Both the position numbers and the translations under genes were made by a program. A model generated the notes under the pieces. That model was not told the origin of the DNA and did no database searches. It saw only the letters and a list, made by a program, of their open reading frames with translations. Below, piece after piece: positions 21,641-26,172 of a stretch of 26,172 bases of DNA. Positions within the stretch are counted from its first letter, which is position 1. Every line of letters begins with the position of its first letter. The stretch is from Clostridia bacterium (lineage in GTDB: Bacteria; Bacillota; Clostridia; Christensenellales; Aristaeellaceae), in contig JAZLIA010000003.1 in NCBI GenBank assembly GCA_045617125.1, positions 1-26,172 of the forward strand. Direction: 5' to 3'.

Positions 21641-23188
21641 TCAGTTTCCGAAGAATTCGGCATCCAGATCATCAATGACAGGCTGCCAGATATTCACGTT
21701 GGCTTCGATGTAGCTGTTCCATTCGGTTTCCACGTCAGCGGGAGCGCCGATCACCAGCTTGGCAAACTCGTCCTTCAGGGACAGGGAATAGTTGGCCTTG
21801 TTTTCGCTGGAGAAGAACTCATAATCCACATCCAGAGGGATCACATAGCCCTTGGTACGGAACTGATAGAAGCTGAGGATGGGATCGATCACGACTTCCT
21901 TGTCATAAGTGGGGTTGATGAAGAGGAAATCATCCGCGTTCAGAGCCCAGGTGCGGAACACGCTGTAGCTGTTGTAGATATCCACGATGTTGGGATAAGA
22001 GCCATCCTCGTTCTGGGGCATGAGGATCTTCACATCGCCGTTCTCGTCAAATTCCCAATCCTTGCCGGGAATACCCATGTTGCAGGCGACCTGGCCTTCC
22101 TTGGTGGCGCAGTAATCCATCGCGGTGAGGATACGATCGAGCACTTCAGGATCGGTCTCGGGAGCAAACATGCTCACAGACCACCAGTTGAGGCATTCGA
22201 TGGCACGGGTGACACCGTCATCGGTAGCGATCGTGGCAATGCCCACGCACTCGTCGGAGTTGAGGCCGGTTCCCTGATCAAACTGCTGCTTGTAGCCCAG
22301 GTAGGAGGAAGCCTGGCAGTTGCCGAACATCATGGCCGCCGCGCCGGTAGAGAACTTGGTGATCGCGTCAGCGCTCTTGTAGAGGTAGAAGTCGGGGTCG
22401 ATCAGGCCTTCCTGATACCATTCGTTAGCCAGCTGGGCCGCCGCCAGCACGGTGGGGTCGGCAAAGCCCCAGGCATAACCGTCATCGGTCTTATAGAACT
22501 TCTGATAATCCACATCGGAGAACATGGTGAAGAAGGTGGCCAGACGGCCGGGTTCCTCGCACAGACCAATGGTGTTGCCGTTTCCGGCCAGATCCTTTTC
22601 AACGCAGCCCTTCAGATAATCCTTCAGCTGGCTCTGGGTGATCACTTCACCGATTTCCATGCCGAGAGCCTTCGCCCAGTCCTTGCGGTAGTACACGGAA
22701 ATGTGATCCACCAGCTTATCAACGGGGTTGAAGCGATAGTTGCGGGCATGAGCAATGCCATAATACTGGCCGTCCACTTCAAACTTCTTGAACTGTTCCT
22801 CGCCCATGCAGCCGATCATCTGCTCATACAGATTGGGATACTTTTCCATCCAGTCATCGGGCAAAGCGGCCAGCAGGCCGTTGGAAGCATAGTCCACATA
22901 CTCCTGATAGGCGAAATCACGCCAGGTGATCAGGTCGGGCATGGTGCCGCCATTCACCCAGGTACGGATCTTTTCACTCTGGGCATCCTTGGAAACGGGA
23001 TAGATCTCGTAATCAAAGTTGAACATGCCGGCAATGTAATCATACAGGGCATCGTGGTTGTAATCCATCGTGGAATTGGTGTGAGTGCCGTTCACGGTGA
23101 AGGTGACATGCTTGTCATACTCCGCCAGGGCGGCACAGGTGCTCAGCAGCAGCACGGCTGCAAGAGCGATAGCCAGGATCTTTTTCAT
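21641..23188 (-). CDS. Extracellular solute-binding protein, large LplA-like sugar ABC family
   Basis: 515 aa. N-terminal signal MKKILAIALAAVLLLSTCAALA (possible lipobox LSTC). Its size, W/Y/D-rich composition and position downstream of two LplB/LplC-like permeases fit this family. GGAGGG lies 8 nt before the ATG. Confidence 0.75.
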   Translation of the reverse strand: MKKILAIALAAVLLLSTCAALAEYDKHVTFTVNGTHTNSTMDYNHDALYDYIAGMFNFDYEIYPVSKDAQSEKIRTWVNGGTMPDLITWRDFAYQEYVDYASNGLLAALPDDWMEKYPNLYEQMIGCMGEEQFKKFEVDGQYYGIAHARNYRFNPVDKLVDHISVYYRKDWAKALGMEIGEVITQSQLKDYLKGCVEKDLAGNGNTIGLCEEPGRLATFFTMFSDVDYQKFYKTDDGYAWGFADPTVLAAAQLANEWYQEGLIDPDFYLYKSADAITKFSTGAAAMMFGNCQASSYLGYKQQFDQGTGLNSDECVGIATIATDDGVTRAIECLNWWSVSMFAPETDPEVLDRILTAMDYCATKEGQVACNMGIPGKDWEFDENGDVKILMPQNEDGSYPNIVDIYNSYSVFRTWALNADDFLFINPTYDKEVVIDPILSFYQFRTKGYVIPLDVDYEFFSSENKANYSLSLKDEFAKLVIGAPADVETEWNSYIEANVNIWQPVIDDLDAEFFGN

Positions 23189-23242
23189 AGTCTGGACCCT
23201 CCTTTTTTATTCTGATATTCCGGTCTGCTCCGACCGGTAACA

Positions 23243-24154
23243 TCACATTTTCACAGAACCCACCAGCACGCCCTTCACAAAATACTTCTGCAGGAAGGGA
23301 TAGAACAGCATGATGGGCAGCGTGGTCATGATCACGGCAGCCATTTTAACGCCCTCGGTGAACACTTCCACGTCGGTGTCGCCGGAAGCGATATCGGAAT
23401 AAGCCTGAGATTCCGCCACGATGGCGCGCAGCACGGTTTGCAGCGTCATCTTACTGGCGCTGTTGATGAGCAGCATGGACCAGAACCATTCATTCCAGTA
23501 GCCCACCGCGGTAAACAGCGTGAAGGTGGCCAGCAATGCGCCCTGCAGCGGGAGCATGATGCGGAAGAACGCCACCAGGTCATTGGCGCCGTCGATCTTG
23601 GCCGCCTCCTCCAGTTCCACCGGGGTCTGCTCAAAGCCGTTTTTGAGAATGATGATATTATAGGTGCTCACCCCGCAGAAAAGGATCACCGCCCAGCGGG
23701 AGTTGATCAGGCCCAGCGATTTGAACTGCAGATAGGTGGGGATCATGCCGCCGGAAAAGAACATTGTGAACAGCACCAGGGCAAACAGCAGCTTTTTTCC
23801 GGGAAAGCTTTTGCGGGAAAACACGTAAGCCATCATCACCATCGCGATCATCGAAAGAAGCGTTCCCCCCGCGGTGATCAGAATGGTGCTCCAGTAGCCG
23901 GTGACCATGTTGCCCTTTTCCAGCACGTAGCTGTAGTTGCTCATCGTGGGCTCCATGGGCCACATGGATACGGGATGCAGGCCATAGCCGCGGTTGGAAT
24001 CAAAGGAGATCACCACCGCGTTATAGAACGGAATGAAGATCATCAGGGCGATCAGGGTGAGGATAATGAATACGGTAATGTCGCCCCCGGTCCATTTTTT
24101 GTGACGGGGTTTTGCAGACAGGGTCTTCACAGAAGTATTTCCGATCTTTTCCAT
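23243..24154 (-). CDS. Carbohydrate ABC transporter permease (LplC-like)
   Basis: 303 aa, six TM segments, EAA loop ELEEAAKIDGANDLVAFFRIMLPL. Confidence 0.8.
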   Translation of the reverse strand: MEKIGNTSVKTLSAKPRHKKWTGGDITVFIILTLIALMIFIPFYNAVVISFDSNRGYGLHPVSMWPMEPTMSNYSYVLEKGNMVTGYWSTILITAGGTLLSMIAMVMMAYVFSRKSFPGKKLLFALVLFTMFFSGGMIPTYLQFKSLGLINSRWAVILFCGVSTYNIIILKNGFEQTPVELEEAAKIDGANDLVAFFRIMLPLQGALLATFTLFTAVGYWNEWFWSMLLINSASKMTLQTVLRAIVAESQAYSDIASGDTDVEVFTEGVKMAAVIMTTLPIMLFYPFLQKYFVKGVLVGSVKM

Positions 24155-24167
24155 CGCTTCGCCCCCC

Positions 24168-25088
24168 TTAATTGAACATTCCTTCGCCGCTGATCGACTT
24201 GACCACGCGGTTCGCCACGATCAGCATGCAAAGATTGATCACGGATTTGAAGAAGCCCACGGCGGTAGAGAAGCCGTAATTGGGATTGGCCAGGAAGGTG
24301 ATGTTATACACATAGGTATCCAGAATGTCGGACACCTCCTTCACGGCCGGGTTCTGCAAATAGAACACCTGCTCAAAGCCGCTGTTCATCACGCGGCCCA
24401 CCTGCAGGATGAACAAGGTGATGATGGTGGAGCGGATGCCGGGCAGCGTCACATGCCAGGCCTGCTGAATGCGGCTAGCTCCATCCACCGTGGCAGCCTC
24501 ATACAGCGTGGGATCGATGCCCGTGATGGCCGCCATATAGATGATGGCGTTCCACCCCATCTCCTTCCAGTTGGCGGTCAGATACAAAAACGGGCGGAAC
24601 AGCGCGGTATTTGACAGGAAATTGACCTTGTTTCCCCCTATTGCCGAGATCACGGAATTGACCATGCCGCCGTTGGAAAAGAAGTTGGTCAGCAGCGTGG
24701 AAACGATGATCCAGCTCAGAAAATGCGGGAAGGTATACACCGTTTGATAAACCCGCTTAAGCCGGGTGCCGCGCATCTCATTCAGCAGAAGCGCCAGCAG
24801 GATCGGCGCCGGGAACTGGAAAATGAGACGCGAAAAGTTGATCACAAAGGTGTTGCGGATCGCCTTCACGGCATCCGGTGTGGAAAAAATACGCTTGAAA
24901 TTGGACAGCCCGATCCACGTGCTTCCCCAAATGCCGGCCTTGGCATTATATTTTTTGAACGCCAGCACCAGGCCTGCCATGGGCTGATAATGAAAGAAGA
25001 AGAAATACAGAAGACCCGGGATCAGGAGCAAATAAAGATACCTGGCCTGGAAGATCCGGACACACAGCTTTCTGAACTTGGTATTCAA
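24168..25088 (-). CDS. Carbohydrate ABC transporter permease (LplB-like)
   Basis: 306 aa from TTG 25088 (GGAGGA 25101-25096, 7-nt spacing). The track start 25124 is also TTG, has no RBS and falls at the predicted transcription start. EAA loop: YEAATVDGASRIQQAWHVTLPGIR. Confidence 0.78.
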   Translation of the reverse strand: MNTKFRKLCVRIFQARYLYLLLIPGLLYFFFFHYQPMAGLVLAFKKYNAKAGIWGSTWIGLSNFKRIFSTPDAVKAIRNTFVINFSRLIFQFPAPILLALLLNEMRGTRLKRVYQTVYTFPHFLSWIIVSTLLTNFFSNGGMVNSVISAIGGNKVNFLSNTALFRPFLYLTANWKEMGWNAIIYMAAITGIDPTLYEAATVDGASRIQQAWHVTLPGIRSTIITLFILQVGRVMNSGFEQVFYLQNPAVKEVSDILDTYVYNITFLANPNYGFSTAVGFFKSVINLCMLIVANRVVKSISGEGMFN

Positions 25089-25127
25089 GTTTTCTTCCTC
25101 CGTTTCTGTTGGGAAGTTGACCAAAAC

Positions 25128-25156
25128 ATCTTATCATTTATATGTGCTAAAATCAA
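25128..25156 (-). promoter_or_regulatory. Promoter of the sugar ABC operon
   Basis: On the - strand: TTGATT (25156-25151), 17-nt spacer, TAAGAT (25133-25128). Confidence 0.5.
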
Positions 25157-25255
25157 CCGTTTTTTACAAAATACAACTTATCAGTTGTTGCTTTTCATTT
25201 TATTGTTTTTTGCTTTCCGTGTTCAATTGGCGGATGCTCTCGGCCAATACATCGG

Positions 25256-25284
25256 TTGAAGTTTTCACCGTATTATACTATAAT
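25256..25284 (+). promoter_or_regulatory. Promoter of the HisJ-type PHP gene
   Basis: TTGAAG (25256-25261), 17-nt spacer, consensus TATAAT (25279-25284). Confidence 0.65.
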
Positions 25285-25335
25285 CGGTATGAAAAGGTGA
25301 GGGGCTCCCTGTCGGGAGAACCGGAAAGGCGAAAA

Positions 25336-26172
25336 ATGAATCAGGGTCCTGAGCTTACCAATTATCACACCCACACCACCCTGTGCCGTCACGCGCAGGG
25401 AACCGAGGAAGAATATGTGCTGCGCGCGATACAGAGCGGCTTTTCCGTGCTGGGCTTTGCCGATCACGGGGCATGGCCGTACGAAAGCGGCTATGTAAGC
25501 TATATGCGCATGAGCCTAAGCGAGTTTCAGGGCTACGAAGCACGGGTGCGGGCCCTTGAAGAAAAATACAGGGGGCAGATCCGCATTCCTCTGGGAATGG
25601 AAAACGAAGCCTTCCCGCCCTACATCAACTGGCTGAAGGAATTCAAGGAAGAGCATCTGGATTATCTTATTCTGGGCAATCATTACGATTACAACGATGA
25701 ATTCAATCCCGATAACCATTTGCCCCTCAATGACCGGGGCGGGTTCTATTTCGGATACTGCTCTGAAAAGGAGCAGATCCTCCGTTACGGAAAGCGCACC
25801 GTGTGGGGCATGGAGACCGGCGTGTTCGATTATCTGGCCCACCCGGACCTGTTCTGCTTTCTCTACCCCGTGTTTGACGCGGAATGCGAAGCCGTTTCAC
25901 GGGATCTGTGCACCGCGGCGGAAGCGTATCACCTGCCCATGGAGGTAAACCTGAACGGCATGCAGCGCACGGACGGCGGTCTCGGCTATCCCTGCCGCCG
26001 TTTCTGGGAGATCGCGTCGGATTATCACATCACCGCGATCATCGGCTATGACGCCCACCGGCCGGATCAGCTGGGAAGGCAGGATCTTCATGAAAAAGCG
26101 CTCGATATGCTGAGAGAATTGCACATTCCCGTAACAGACCGCCTTCCCTGTAAAAACCAAAGGGGAGGCTGA
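25336..26172 (+). CDS. Histidinol-phosphatase HisJ-family PHP-domain protein
   Basis: 278 aa from ATG 25336. NYHTHTTLCRHA (HxH + C.HA), GFADHG, GMENE, LGNHY, and AHPD are the HisJ/PHP pattern. The stop TGA is the last three bases of the window. The upstream part of the track ORF is AT-rich promoter DNA. Confidence 0.78.
   Translation: MNQGPELTNYHTHTTLCRHAQGTEEEYVLRAIQSGFSVLGFADHGAWPYESGYVSYMRMSLSEFQGYEARVRALEEKYRGQIRIPLGMENEAFPPYINWLKEFKEEHLDYLILGNHYDYNDEFNPDNHLPLNDRGGFYFGYCSEKEQILRYGKRTVWGMETGVFDYLAHPDLFCFLYPVFDAECEAVSRDLCTAAEAYHLPMEVNLNGMQRTDGGLGYPCRRFWEIASDYHITAIIGYDAHRPDQLGRQDLHEKALDMLRELHIPVTDRLPCKNQRGG

Noticed and set aside
25078-25335. N-terminal 86 codons of the track ORF 25078..26172
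   Set aside because: This is AT-rich divergent promoter DNA containing a consensus TATAAT. The homologous PHP protein begins at ATG 25336 (MNQGPELTNYHTHT).

Overview
About 26 kb of a moderately GC-rich Gram-positive chromosome. It looks Clostridia-like, inferred from NfnAB, an ECF-type ThiT behind a TPP riboswitch, a sortase-type cell-wall anchor and an LplABC-like sugar ABC operon.

Layout, left to right:
- 1-884: edge of a mobile region (transposase 3' end, tnpV) abutting the 3' end of tRNA-Ala(CGC).
- 1.2-13.8 kb: housekeeping genes. These are mnmA; a minus-strand yfbR / MBL-GNAT fusion / NifX-SlyD fusion cluster; TPP riboswitch-thiT; nfnAB; a minus-strand Nudix-PHP-ddh-TIM barrel operon; and a histidine phosphatase plus secreted SGNH hydrolase.
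- 14.0-15.8 kb: a repeat-containing wall-anchored surface protein.
- 15.8-16.5 kb: a 730-bp non-coding stretch with nested GC-rich palindromic repeats, a tandem 19-bp repeat, a promoter, a small ORF and terminators.
- 16.5-19.1 kb: an orphan ABC-2 (two permeases plus ATPase) operon.
- 19.2-19.8 kb: mgtC-family gene.
- 19.9-21.6 kb: an accessory islet with an AT-rich orphan 2-TM gene, a DUF45 metallopeptidase and a decayed HepT toxin remnant.
- 21.6-25.1 kb: sugar ABC importer operon.
- 25.3-26.2 kb: HisJ-type PHP phosphatase.

No CRISPR array, rRNA or intact recombinase is visible. The best candidates for something undescribed are the attenuator-like leader and sORF in front of the ABC-2 operon, the repeat cluster beside it, and the AT-rich orphan gene islet. 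All functional calls rest on motif recognition by eye; no database search was possible.
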